Shown here: one piece after another, positions 18,841-27,316 of the stretch
Numbering within the stretch: position 1 is the stretch's first letter
Layout of the letters: every line of letters starts with the position of its first letter
Source of the DNA: Myxococcota bacterium
GTDB taxonomy: Bacteria > Myxococcota_A > UBA796 > SXON01
Assembly (NCBI GenBank): GCA_040386535.1
Contig: JAZKFH010000035.1
Coordinates: 1 to 63,355 of the forward strand
Direction: 5' to 3'
Length of the DNA stretch: 63,355 bases
Notes under the pieces: generated by a model
Database searches by the model: none
What the model was told of the DNA's origin: nothing
The model's input: the letters and a program-made list of their open reading frames with translations, nothing else
Position numbers and translations under genes: made by a program

Positions 18841-19842
18841 CTACGCCGCCTTCGCCTCGCCCACCGCCCCGACCGCGCGCGCCCCCCAGCGCCGCGGCAG
18901 CTCGTCCGGATGGAAGAACGCCGGGTAGAGGGCCAACATCGCGAACGGGAAGATGCCGAGCGACATGGTCATCGCGATGCCGACGTGCAGGCCCACCCCG
19001 ATCACGAGCCACCACTTGTGCAGCTCCAACCGGTTGAAGAGGGCGCGCATGCCGCCCGGGCGCGTGCGGGTGTCGCGGAACCACCACGTGGACGCGATCG
19101 CGCCGGCCCCGAGCTCGAACACCATGGTGGCCGCGGACGCGAGCTGGGTGAGCGGAAACACGCGCTCCAACCAGCCGAAGCGGAAGGAGGCGATCGAGGG
19201 GTCCTGGAGGATGAGGAAGATGGCGCCGTAGCTCCCCATGGGCCACCACGTCACGGAGGTCTTCTGGATGCCCGCCGCGAAGTACATCACGAGGACCTGG
19301 AGCACCAGCAGGTAGCGGGGCCAGGCGAGCACCGAGTCGCTCGCGCCGAACAGCCGCCGGAGCAGGCCCGTGCGGAACAGCCACGCGTCGAGCGACCAGA
19401 CGCGCCCGGCGCCGGAGAACGCGAGCAGCATCAGCACGTTGCGGAGCATCAGGTCGATGCCGCGGTCGCCGAGGGGGAGCACTTGCGCCAGCTGCGACGA
19501 TACGAGCAGCGCGACGAGCGCGGCGATCGGGGTGAACAAGCCCGCCGCGAGGCACACCAGCGCCGCGACCATGAGCAGGTAGGCCCCCCACGCCGTGGCC
19601 GCGGTGGGCGGCAGCCACTGGTAGATCTCGGGCACGGGCTTGCGCGACAACACGTCGCCCAGGCCGCCCGCTTCGGGCATGCCCCAGAGGGTGGTGACGA
19701 GGTCGAGGTGCCAGACGGTGGCGAAGTCCCAGAGGATGACGAGCGCCACCGCGATGCGGACGATCGCCAGCACGTGCGGCGCCTCCCGCCGGGCCCAGAG
19801 CCCCACCCACCACGCCCACCCGGCGCCGAACCGCGCGATCAT
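18841..19842 (-). CDS. HTTM-domain membrane protein (SdpB / vitamin-K carboxylase-like)
   Basis: WSLDAW, QVLVMYFAAGIQK, FEL, LHVGIAMTMSLGIFPFAM; ATGA overlap. Confidence 0.85.
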   Translation of the reverse strand: MIARFGAGWAWWVGLWARREAPHVLAIVRIAVALVILWDFATVWHLDLVTTLWGMPEAGGLGDVLSRKPVPEIYQWLPPTAATAWGAYLLMVAALVCLAAGLFTPIAALVALLVSSQLAQVLPLGDRGIDLMLRNVLMLLAFSGAGRVWSLDAWLFRTGLLRRLFGASDSVLAWPRYLLVLQVLVMYFAAGIQKTSVTWWPMGSYGAIFLILQDPSIASFRFGWLERVFPLTQLASAATMVFELGAGAIASTWWFRDTRTRPGGMRALFNRLELHKWWLVIGVGLHVGIAMTMSLGIFPFAMLALYPAFFHPDELPRRWGARAVGAVGEAKAA

Positions 19843-20537
19843 CGGGTCACGACGCGTTGGAACTTGGGGAGCCGCTCGGCGTCGCGGGTCTTGCCTGGCA
19901 TCGTCGAGTGGGTGCGGATGAAGCCGATGCGCGCCTCGGCCGCGTCGGGGAACTCGGCGAGGGCTTGCTTGCCGGCCCACGCCACGAAGTTGTCGTAGGA
20001 GGCGCCGGGCTTGCGCGTGTTGCCGTCGTACACGCCGCGGACACGACGGTAGGTGAACTGGGAGCTCCTCCATGCCGCGTCGGGATCGAGCGCGGCGAAC
20101 ACGGGCTGCCACTCGGCCTCTGCCCCCGCGGCGCTCGGGCCCGGGCGGACCTCGATCACGAGCTGGTGCGGGTAGCTGTCGGGGTAGGTGAACAGGCCCC
20201 AGCCCTGCCCGGTGCCGGTCACGCGGAACCACTCCTTGAACGGGCCGAGCAGCGTGCCGCGCAGGTCCGCGAAGAACTTGCCGACGCCGTAGGCGCCCTC
20301 GGTCAGCTCGGCGCGGGTCAGCGTGAGCCCGACGCCCCCGAGGATGCCGACCCACCGGTCGAGCTCCTCGATGGCGATGGGGGTGTCGAAGTGGGACTTC
20401 TTCACCGACTTCGGCATGGGGGAGGCGGCCACGGCGCTCACGCCGAGCACCAGCGCGATGATCACGGCGCGGACGTGGTCCCGTACGCCGAAGGTCTTCC
20501 GACGATCCCCTCCACGATCAGCCACCCGATCAGCCAC
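19839..20537 (-). CDS. HTTM-partner membrane-anchored protein (SdpA/DUF5819-like)
   Basis: N-terminal TM, GTGQGWGLF motif, coupled to the HTTM gene. Confidence 0.7.
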   Translation of the reverse strand: MADRVADRGGDRRKTFGVRDHVRAVIIALVLGVSAVAASPMPKSVKKSHFDTPIAIEELDRWVGILGGVGLTLTRAELTEGAYGVGKFFADLRGTLLGPFKEWFRVTGTGQGWGLFTYPDSYPHQLVIEVRPGPSAAGAEAEWQPVFAALDPDAAWRSSQFTYRRVRGVYDGNTRKPGASYDNFVAWAGKQALAEFPDAAEARIGFIRTHSTMPGKTRDAERLPKFQRVVTR

Positions 20538-21003
20538 GAGGATACCGCACCGCCAGGATCGTCACCTCGCGGCGGCCCTTGGGGGTCTCGAACTCGACGA
20601 TGTCCCCCGTCTTCTTCGTCAGGAGCGCGCGCCCGAGCGGCGAGACGTAGGAGATGTGGCGCTTCTCCGTGTCGACCTCGTCCTCGCCGAGGATGGTCCA
20701 GGTCTGGGTGGCGCCCTCCTCGTCCTCGAAGTCGACGGTCGCGCCGAACAGCACGGTGTCGCCGGTGAACTTCGACGCGTCGACCACCTCGATCCCGTCC
20801 AGCCGCTTGCCCAGGTACTGGAGCCGCCGATCGATCTCGCGGAGGCGCTGCTTGCCGAAGCGATACTCGGCGTTGTCCGACCGATCGCCGAGGCTCGCCG
20901 CGTAGGTCACCTCGGCGGTGATGCGGGGGCGCTCCGTCTTGAGGAGCCACGTGTACTCCTCGACGATCTTCCGGTGCCCCTCGGGGCTGATGTAGGACGG
21001 CAT
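20530..21003 (-). CDS. greB: Transcription elongation factor GreB
   Basis: GDRSDNAEY..GKQRLREIDRR, ISYVSPLGRALL. Confidence 0.9.
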   Translation of the reverse strand: MPSYISPEGHRKIVEEYTWLLKTERPRITAEVTYAASLGDRSDNAEYRFGKQRLREIDRRLQYLGKRLDGIEVVDASKFTGDTVLFGATVDFEDEEGATQTWTILGEDEVDTEKRHISYVSPLGRALLTKKTGDIVEFETPKGRREVTILAVRYPRG

Positions 21004-21029
21004 ACGCTCACCTATCCGCCCGGAGCCCG

Positions 21030-21395
21030 ATGTTGTCGTCCCTGTTCGCCCTCCTCCTCGCCTGCGCCGCCGCGCCGGAACCCGGCTCCTGCACCACGTG
21101 GCCCGGCGAGGCCGCCGCTGCCGACGGCGTGGTCGAGGCGAGCTGTGGCTGGTTCGTGTTGCCCGTGGGCGAACATCTGTACGCCAACGTCTACGTCTCG
21201 GAGCCCGAGTCCCCCTGCGACGTCGCCCTGGGCGAGGGGCTGAAGCTCAACTCGTCGCCGATCTACAGCGCCATGTCGGACGACGCGCCGAAGTGGACCG
21301 TCGATGTCGTGGCCGAGTCCCCCGGCGAGTCCCTGCTGGTCGACGTGACGTGCGACGACGGCACGCGGTGGCAGGCGCGGGTGAACGTCGAGTAG
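21030..21395 (+). CDS. Small hypothetical lipoprotein
   Basis: MLSSLFALLLAC lipobox, GGAG RBS. Confidence 0.75.
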   Translation: MLSSLFALLLACAAAPEPGSCTTWPGEAAAADGVVEASCGWFVLPVGEHLYANVYVSEPESPCDVALGEGLKLNSSPIYSAMSDDAPKWTVDVVAESPGESLLVDVTCDDGTRWQARVNVE

Positions 21396-21500
21396 GGTGC
21401 GCGCGGCCCCGCCGGTCTTCCCGTCGCCCTTCCAGTTGGTCCCCCCGGCGCCTTGCCCCGGTCCAGGGAGCGTGTGAAGCACGGGGTTCCGGAGGTTCCC

Positions 21501-24008
21501 TTGCTCCTGCCCCTCGCCCTCGCCCTCGTCCTGGGCTGCCAGGAGGGATCCACCGCTCCCTCGACCACCGTGCTCGCCCGCAACGAGGGGATCCTCGTCT
21601 CCGCGCCCGGCTACCGTGCGCGCGTCGAGACGGCATGGAAGGAGGCCGACACCGTCAGCATCAGCAAGGACGGCGCCGAGCTCATCCAGAAGGTGAACGC
21701 CCCGGTGTTCGCGGACGCGCCCGACAAGATCCGCGGCCTCGATCCAAAGGTCGAGGTGCGGGACATCCGCACCGACGCGGCGCTCGTCGAGCTCCTGCTC
21801 GCCACGAACGAGGCCGCCGCGGCCGACGCGATCCGCGCCACCGGCGCCCGCGTCCTGGTGGTCCACTCGGCGCTCCGCCCGTCGATGGACCGCTCCAAGA
21901 ACGTGATGTCGCGCCTCTACAACCACGACGGGCTCGAGCGCTTCCAGCTCGCCCGCGTCGAGGAGGGCGCCCTGGTCTACCTCGTGGTCGACGCGCAGCT
22001 CGCGTTCTCGCCCGAGCTCGCGCGGCAGTCGATCGACTGGCTCCGCGCCACGCTCTCCGGCAAGAAGCCCGCGCCGTTCCCGCCGGTAAAGCCCGAGCGG
22101 AGCAACTGGACCCTCGTCGCGAGCCTCCGCGGCCAGGGGCAGGAGCTCGCGTTCTCGCTCTCCGACGGCCCCACGCTCGACAAGGCGCTGATCGAGGTCG
22201 CCACCGATCTCGAGGCGATGCACCGTCGCAACAAGGAGCCGCTCGGGTTCCCCCCGCTCCTCCACCACATGGACGATCTGACCATCGAGCTCCACCGCGT
22301 CACCGAGCGCGCCCCGGTCGTGCCCCGCGACGAGGGCGCCCTGGAGGACCTCTTCGAGATGGGCATCGACGGCGCCATCCTGCTCGACCGCGTGGGCGAC
22401 AAGAAGCAGAGCGGCGTGTGGCCGGGCGCGGTGTCGACCACGCGTGGCATCACCAAGGCGGACAGCTTCCTGCGCGGCATCGCGAAGGACTTCAAGTGGG
22501 ACAGCCTGCGCCCCTGGCGCGAGCCGGAAACCGAGCTGGAGCTCATCCGCACGGTCCACTACCTCGAGGTGCGCGGCAAGGGCGTGGTGCCGATGTACCG
22601 TGGCACCCCGCCGGTCCCGATGGACTTTGTCAACCAGACGACCGTGCGCGAATCCATCCTCCTCGCGGGGGAGTGGTACCTGGCCAACCTCAACGCCGAG
22701 GGCGAGGTCACCTACAAGTTCTGGCCCGAGGAGAACCGCTACTCCAACGAGTACAACCACGTGCGCCACACGCTCGCCACGTGGAACCTCTGGCAGGCGT
22801 ATACGCTCGATCCCCGCCCCGAGTTCCTCGAAGGTGCCATCCGCGCCCAGAATTGGACCTTGCGTTGGTTGGGCGAGAAGGACGGCATGGCGTACCTGAC
22901 CCACGCCGGCCAGACCAAGCTCGGCAGCGTGGTCGTGGCGTTGCTCGGCATGGTCGAGGTCGCCAAGACCACCGGCGATCACAGCAACGACGAGCTGATG
23001 CGCAAGTTCGGCAAGTTCGTCATGTTCATGCAGGCCGACTCGGGCACCTTCCGCGGCTATTGGAACCCGAAGACCGGCGAGTTCATCGATCAGGTGAACG
23101 ACATCGTGCCCGGCGAGGCCGCGCTCGCGCTCATCTACCTGTACGAGTACTTCGACGATCCGCAGTACCTCGAGCCGCTCCCCAAGTTCTTCGAGTACTA
23201 CAAGCCCTGGTACAAGGTGCGCGCCGACCGCAAGTCGGAGGGGGGCCCCTGGCCCGCCTACACCTATGACAACGCGACGCGGCTCGAGCTCGTCCAATTC
23301 GGCCCGTGGACCGTGATGGCGGCCGCCGCCTACACACGCGTGCGCCCCGAGGCGCAGGACGTGGCGGACTTCGGCCTCGAGGTCGGCCGCTGGATGATCG
23401 ACACCTACGAGTACACCGAGGACAACGCCCCGTTCCCCGACTACGTGGGCGGCTACTACAAGTTCGCGGGGGAGCTGCCCGCGATGCAGGCGTTCTGCTA
23501 CGCCGAGGGCACCGCGGCCGCCTACGACATGGCGCTCCGCATGGCCCCCGAGCGCGCGCCCTACTTCGAGAAGCACACCCGCGAGGCCGTGCGCATGGGG
23601 TTTCAGATGCAGCACGACGGCGTGGACAGCATCTACTACTCCCGCCCGCTCGAGATCATGGGCGGCATCAAGTACGCGCTCAACGAGCCCAAGGTGCGCA
23701 TCGACTACGTGCACCACGGCCTCTCCGCGATGTACCAGTGGCTCATGGCGTCCCGCCAGGATCCAAACCTGCCCGCCATCGCCAAGGCCGAGCCCGACGC
23801 CAACATGAAGGCGTTCCTCAAGCTCCAGGACATGCCCTCCTACCGCGACGCCGACCTGCCCCTGTGGCGTGTCGGCGACAGCCACGCGTACCCGGGCACG
23901 GTGCGGCGCACGTCGGTCGCCCCCGCCAAGCTCGATCCCGTCTCGGCAGCCGCGGCGGCCAAGGCCGCGTCTCAGGCGACGATCAGCGAGGACGACGGGG
24001 CGGAGTAG
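21501..24008 (+). CDS. Large lipoprotein with AMMECR1-like central region and C-terminal (alpha/alpha)-toroid-like domain
   Basis: TTG start after GGAGG, lipobox VLGC; FEMGIDGAIL, YNHVRH, KLG, GEAALAL, VRIDYVHH motifs. Confidence 0.7.
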   Translation: MLLPLALALVLGCQEGSTAPSTTVLARNEGILVSAPGYRARVETAWKEADTVSISKDGAELIQKVNAPVFADAPDKIRGLDPKVEVRDIRTDAALVELLLATNEAAAADAIRATGARVLVVHSALRPSMDRSKNVMSRLYNHDGLERFQLARVEEGALVYLVVDAQLAFSPELARQSIDWLRATLSGKKPAPFPPVKPERSNWTLVASLRGQGQELAFSLSDGPTLDKALIEVATDLEAMHRRNKEPLGFPPLLHHMDDLTIELHRVTERAPVVPRDEGALEDLFEMGIDGAILLDRVGDKKQSGVWPGAVSTTRGITKADSFLRGIAKDFKWDSLRPWREPETELELIRTVHYLEVRGKGVVPMYRGTPPVPMDFVNQTTVRESILLAGEWYLANLNAEGEVTYKFWPEENRYSNEYNHVRHTLATWNLWQAYTLDPRPEFLEGAIRAQNWTLRWLGEKDGMAYLTHAGQTKLGSVVVALLGMVEVAKTTGDHSNDELMRKFGKFVMFMQADSGTFRGYWNPKTGEFIDQVNDIVPGEAALALIYLYEYFDDPQYLEPLPKFFEYYKPWYKVRADRKSEGGPWPAYTYDNATRLELVQFGPWTVMAAAAYTRVRPEAQDVADFGLEVGRWMIDTYEYTEDNAPFPDYVGGYYKFAGELPAMQAFCYAEGTAAAYDMALRMAPERAPYFEKHTREAVRMGFQMQHDGVDSIYYSRPLEIMGGIKYALNEPKVRIDYVHHGLSAMYQWLMASRQDPNLPAIAKAEPDANMKAFLKLQDMPSYRDADLPLWRVGDSHAYPGTVRRTSVAPAKLDPVSAAAAAKAASQATISEDDGAE

Positions 24009-24110
24009 CAGCGGCCGGAGCTGGGCAGGCAGGAGCTGGGCAGCCGGACCGCGCGGAGGACCGCGCGGCCGCTGCGGCGGCGTGGAGGGAGGGGCGCGGC
24101 GGCCTGGATG

Positions 24111-24296
24111 CTAGACCGTGACGCCGCGCAGCGAGTCGATGATCCCGAACGCCTGCAAGAGCCAGACGATGACGCCGATGACGACCACGGCGTTGAGGAT
24201 CGACTTGATCTTCCCGTCCATGGGGATGAAGCTGTTGACGAGCCATAGCAGCACGCCGACGACGACCAGCACGATGAGGATGGTGAGAATGGGCAT
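24111..24296 (-). CDS. Small two-TM membrane protein (Thivi_2564-like)
   Basis: MPILTILIVLVVVGVLLWLVNSFIPMDGKIKSILNAVVVIGVIVWLLQAFG. Confidence 0.8.
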   Translation of the reverse strand: MPILTILIVLVVVGVLLWLVNSFIPMDGKIKSILNAVVVIGVIVWLLQAFGIIDSLRGVTV

Positions 24297-24414
24297 GAGC
24301 AGGTTCCTGTGGTGGTTACTTGGGTAACCACGCTCTTTGGGGCCGGCTGTTCGCAAATGTTCCCAAGCGTTTCCGGGTTGTTCCCAGGTTTGGCGAATCA
24401 CCGCGGATTGTGTG

Positions 24415-25191
24415 TCAATCCCCCAGCCACCGGTGCTCCAACCAATCCAGGGACACCGGCGCCTCCCGGAGGGCGCGATCGATCGCCCGCACGCCGGGGT
24501 CCGTGGTGCCGCGCGCGTAGGCGCGCCCGTAGAGCACCCAGTTCGAGACCTCGTAGTGGTGCAGCAGCGGCGCGAAGCGGTGTGTCGAGAACCGGCTCAG
24601 GGCTTCGACGCCCGCGTCGAGGCCGTCACACGTGACGAGGGTGGTCGCCGCGTCGAAGAGGAGCTGGCGGAGGTCCTCGAAGGCGCGCTCCGGGTCGTCC
24701 GCGACCGTGCGGATCAGCGCCTCGAAGCCCTTGGCGGGCAGACCCGCGTCGGCGGCCACGGTGGCCATCGCGGGCACCTGGGTGGCGAGGAACGAGGAGG
24801 CCTTGACGTGCCCGAGGATGCGCCCGACCAGGTACAGGTCGAACGCGCTCGCGATGGACTCGCCCAGGAACAACGCGTCCGCGGTCATCGGCGCGCCCGC
24901 CGCCTCGCCGCTCGGAGCGAGCGCCTTGCGCGCGGCGTGGTGCCACGCGGCGTGACACACCACGTCCGCGTCGATCGTGGCATCTTCCAATACGTCGCTC
25001 GGTTCGGCCGCGTTCCAGAATGTCAGGTTGAGGAACATCACACGCTGCCAGCTCGCGCCCGGCTCGGCGATGCGGAACATGAAGCGGTCGTCGAGAAGGC
25101 GCTGCTTGAGCACGTCGTACAGGCCGATGTGGCGGAAGGCACGCTCGTCGCGGATCGTGAGCTGGTCGAGGGTGGCGCTGCGGAGGGGCAT
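24415..25191 (-). CDS. Hypothetical protein
   Basis: Coding-like ORF directly after the upstream stop (ATG 25191, or GTG 25197 in a GTGA overlap). Confidence 0.75.
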   Translation of the reverse strand: MPLRSATLDQLTIRDERAFRHIGLYDVLKQRLLDDRFMFRIAEPGASWQRVMFLNLTFWNAAEPSDVLEDATIDADVVCHAAWHHAARKALAPSGEAAGAPMTADALFLGESIASAFDLYLVGRILGHVKASSFLATQVPAMATVAADAGLPAKGFEALIRTVADDPERAFEDLRQLLFDAATTLVTCDGLDAGVEALSRFSTHRFAPLLHHYEVSNWVLYGRAYARGTTDPGVRAIDRALREAPVSLDWLEHRWLGD

Positions 25192-25193
25192 CG

Positions 25194-26054
25194 TCACTCG
25201 CAGGGCTCGAGGAACGCCGCCACGTTGCCGACCAGCGCCGCCTGGTCGCCCATCGCGCGGTACGCGTCCCCCCAGCCGCTGAACGAGCGGTCGAACACGA
25301 TGCGCTGCCCATCGTCGCGGTAGGCGAGCGCGGTCGCCCCGCCGATGCTGGCGGCCACCTGCACCGCGGCGTGGCTGATGGTGATCTCGGCGACCGACGC
25401 GAAGCCGGGGAGCTCGGTGATGCCGGCGAGCAGGGTGGGATCGGCGTCCCGGACGGGGAGCACGGCGCCGTCGGCGCCCTCCCCCGCGTCTCCGTCGAAC
25501 TCTACGCCGTACAGCTCGGCGATCAGGTTGACGTCGTCCGCGTAGGACGTGCTGCTGTCGGTCGGCCCCGCGGCGAGGAGCAGCCCGCCGCCCGCGCTGA
25601 CGAAGTCCCGCACCACGCGCACCTCGCCGAAATCCAGGGCCGTGCCCAGGTCCTTGTCGGTGGCGAGCAGCCACAGTTGGCTGTACCCGCTCACGCCGGC
25701 CTCGGTCAGCGCCCCCTCGTCCGCGCGCTCCCAAACGTCAACGTCCCAACGTGCCAACGTCGCCTCCTCCGCGAGCCCGTCGAACAAGCCGAGCGCCCGC
25801 CCGCTGCCGCTCGTGGCCTCGGTCGAGTACACCAGGATGCGCTCGCACACGGTGCGCGGAGGCTCGGTGTCGGTCTCCTCGGTGTCGGTGTCGGTCTCCT
25901 CGGTGTCGGTCTCCTCGGTGTCCGTGTCGTCGGGGAGGTCGGTGTCCGTGTCCACGGGCAGGCCCGTGTCCCCGGTGTCGCCGCCCGGCTTCTCGTAGAC
26001 GAGGTGGTAGCCGCCGCAGCCGGCGAGGAGGAGGGCGAGGAGGGTCGGCGTCAT
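25194..26054 (-). CDS. Lipoprotein with Asp/Thr-rich linker and GATase-like alpha/beta domain
   Basis: MTPTLLALLLAGC; DTDTEETDTEE repeats; VRDFVSAGGGLLL. Confidence 0.78.
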   Translation of the reverse strand: MTPTLLALLLAGCGGYHLVYEKPGGDTGDTGLPVDTDTDLPDDTDTEETDTEETDTDTEETDTEPPRTVCERILVYSTEATSGSGRALGLFDGLAEEATLARWDVDVWERADEGALTEAGVSGYSQLWLLATDKDLGTALDFGEVRVVRDFVSAGGGLLLAAGPTDSSTSYADDVNLIAELYGVEFDGDAGEGADGAVLPVRDADPTLLAGITELPGFASVAEITISHAAVQVAASIGGATALAYRDDGQRIVFDRSFSGWGDAYRAMGDQAALVGNVAAFLEPCE

Positions 26055-26176
26055 TGGGGGAGTGTATCGCCGGGCCTGGGATCCGGAGGTGGGCAGATGG
26101 ACCGCGCGCGGACGCGCGGCCACTGCGGAGCGGGGGTGCCGCCGTTCGGGTCGATCCGCTCCTGCGGCCGTCCTGC

Positions 26177-26275
26177 GCGGACCGCAGTCGGGAGATGAGG
26201 TTGCATCGGACGACTCCGGTCCTCCCACGCGGACCGCAGTCGGGAGATGAGGTTGCATCGGGCGACTGCGGTCTT
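26177..26275. repeat. Two tandem 51-bp hairpins, family D
   Basis: GGACCGCAGTCGGGAGATG...CATCGG.CGACTGCGGTC; same family as the units inside the MITE (13-56, ~14505-14600). Confidence 0.85.
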
Positions 26276-26344
26276 CGTGGTTGGACGCGCGGGCGGCCGG
26301 CGACGCGCTGCTCCGGAAGCGGAGGACCGGCGAGACCGTCCAAG

Positions 26345-26514
26345 GTCGGGGGATGCGCGCCCATCCCGTCACTTCGAACGGTATATCCGTCCGAAGTCGG
26401 GGGATGTGCGCCCATCCCATCACTTCGGCCGGTATATCCGTCCGAACTCGGGGGATGCTCGCCCATCCCGTCACTTCGGCCGGTATATCCGTGCGAAGTC
26501 GGGAATGCGCGCCC
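26345..26514. repeat. Tandem 51-bp double-hairpin array, family E (3 units + partial)
   Basis: Units at 26345, 26396, 26447, 26498: GTCGGGGGATGCGCGCCCATCCCGTCACTTCG..CGGTATATCCGTCCGAA. Confidence 0.9.
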
Positions 26515-26621
26515 AGCTCAGTTGTCGCGAACGCCGACGCGCGGGACGCCACGGCGAGGTCGGCTGACCCGCTGCCCACCCGGGCGCGCAGACGCCAAGG
26601 CCCCGATCAGACCGAGAGTTC

Positions 26622-27070
26622 ATGGCCGGCGACTTCTACTACATCCCCTACCGCATCGAGACCTCGCGCGGGGAGGAGTGCCGCTGCGTGGATCTCCCGG
26701 ACGACGTTCCCCATGCATGGCTCGCGAACCAGGGGCCGACGTTTGGCCTGTACGAGGTTCACGCGGAGCCGGAGACCCTGCCAAAGCACTGCGAGCCGGT
26801 CACCGGTGAACTGGCCAACCTTCTTCGCTCGGCCCGCGACTATCCACCCGCGCTCGCCCGACCAGCGGGAGTTTCCTGGCGCGCTCCCGAGTCGACCACC
26901 TCCTTGGTTTCGCGTTGGCTGGTCAATACGTCTGGGTCGTTTCCCGCCACGCGGACGGGCTCCGCGTTGGTTGGGTGACAGGCGACTCCTTCGTCTACCT
27001 CGACGCCATCGAGGAGTTCGACATCGATCCCGCCCGACTCGAGCAGCTGCCCGTAGAGACCAGAGGGTAG
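26622..27070 (+). pseudogene. Hypothetical gene with probable frameshift near 26858
   Basis: The first frame looks coding to ~DYPPAL; the -1 frame continues with coding-like SFLARSRVDHLLGFALAGQYVWVV...DAIEEFDIDPARLEQLPVETRG* to TAG 27068-27070. Confidence 0.55.
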
Positions 27071-27072
27071 CA

Positions 27073-27251
27073 GCGCCAGGCGCCCGGCGGGCGCGCGGCG
27101 GCGCCAGCCGCCGCGCGGTTCGGCGCCCCGCGGCGGCAGCCGCGGACGCGCCAACGGAACCCCGCGGGGGGCCGCCCCGCCGCTTCGGCGGGGGGCGCCC
27201 AACTGTAGAGACGAGCGCTACGCCAACGCCGCCTTCACCAACTCCGGCACC
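27073..27251. repeat. Direct repeat copy 1 (family H hairpin region + duplicated glnS 3' end)
   Basis: Closely matches 29935-30132; 27218-27251 is 31/34 identical to the last 10 codons and stop of glnS. Confidence 0.88.
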
Positions 27252-27316
27252 CGCGACAGATGCGAGGGTTACCCCTTGGCCCGTCCTCCCGGGTGCCCCC
27301 CGCTTCAGGAGTCCGA

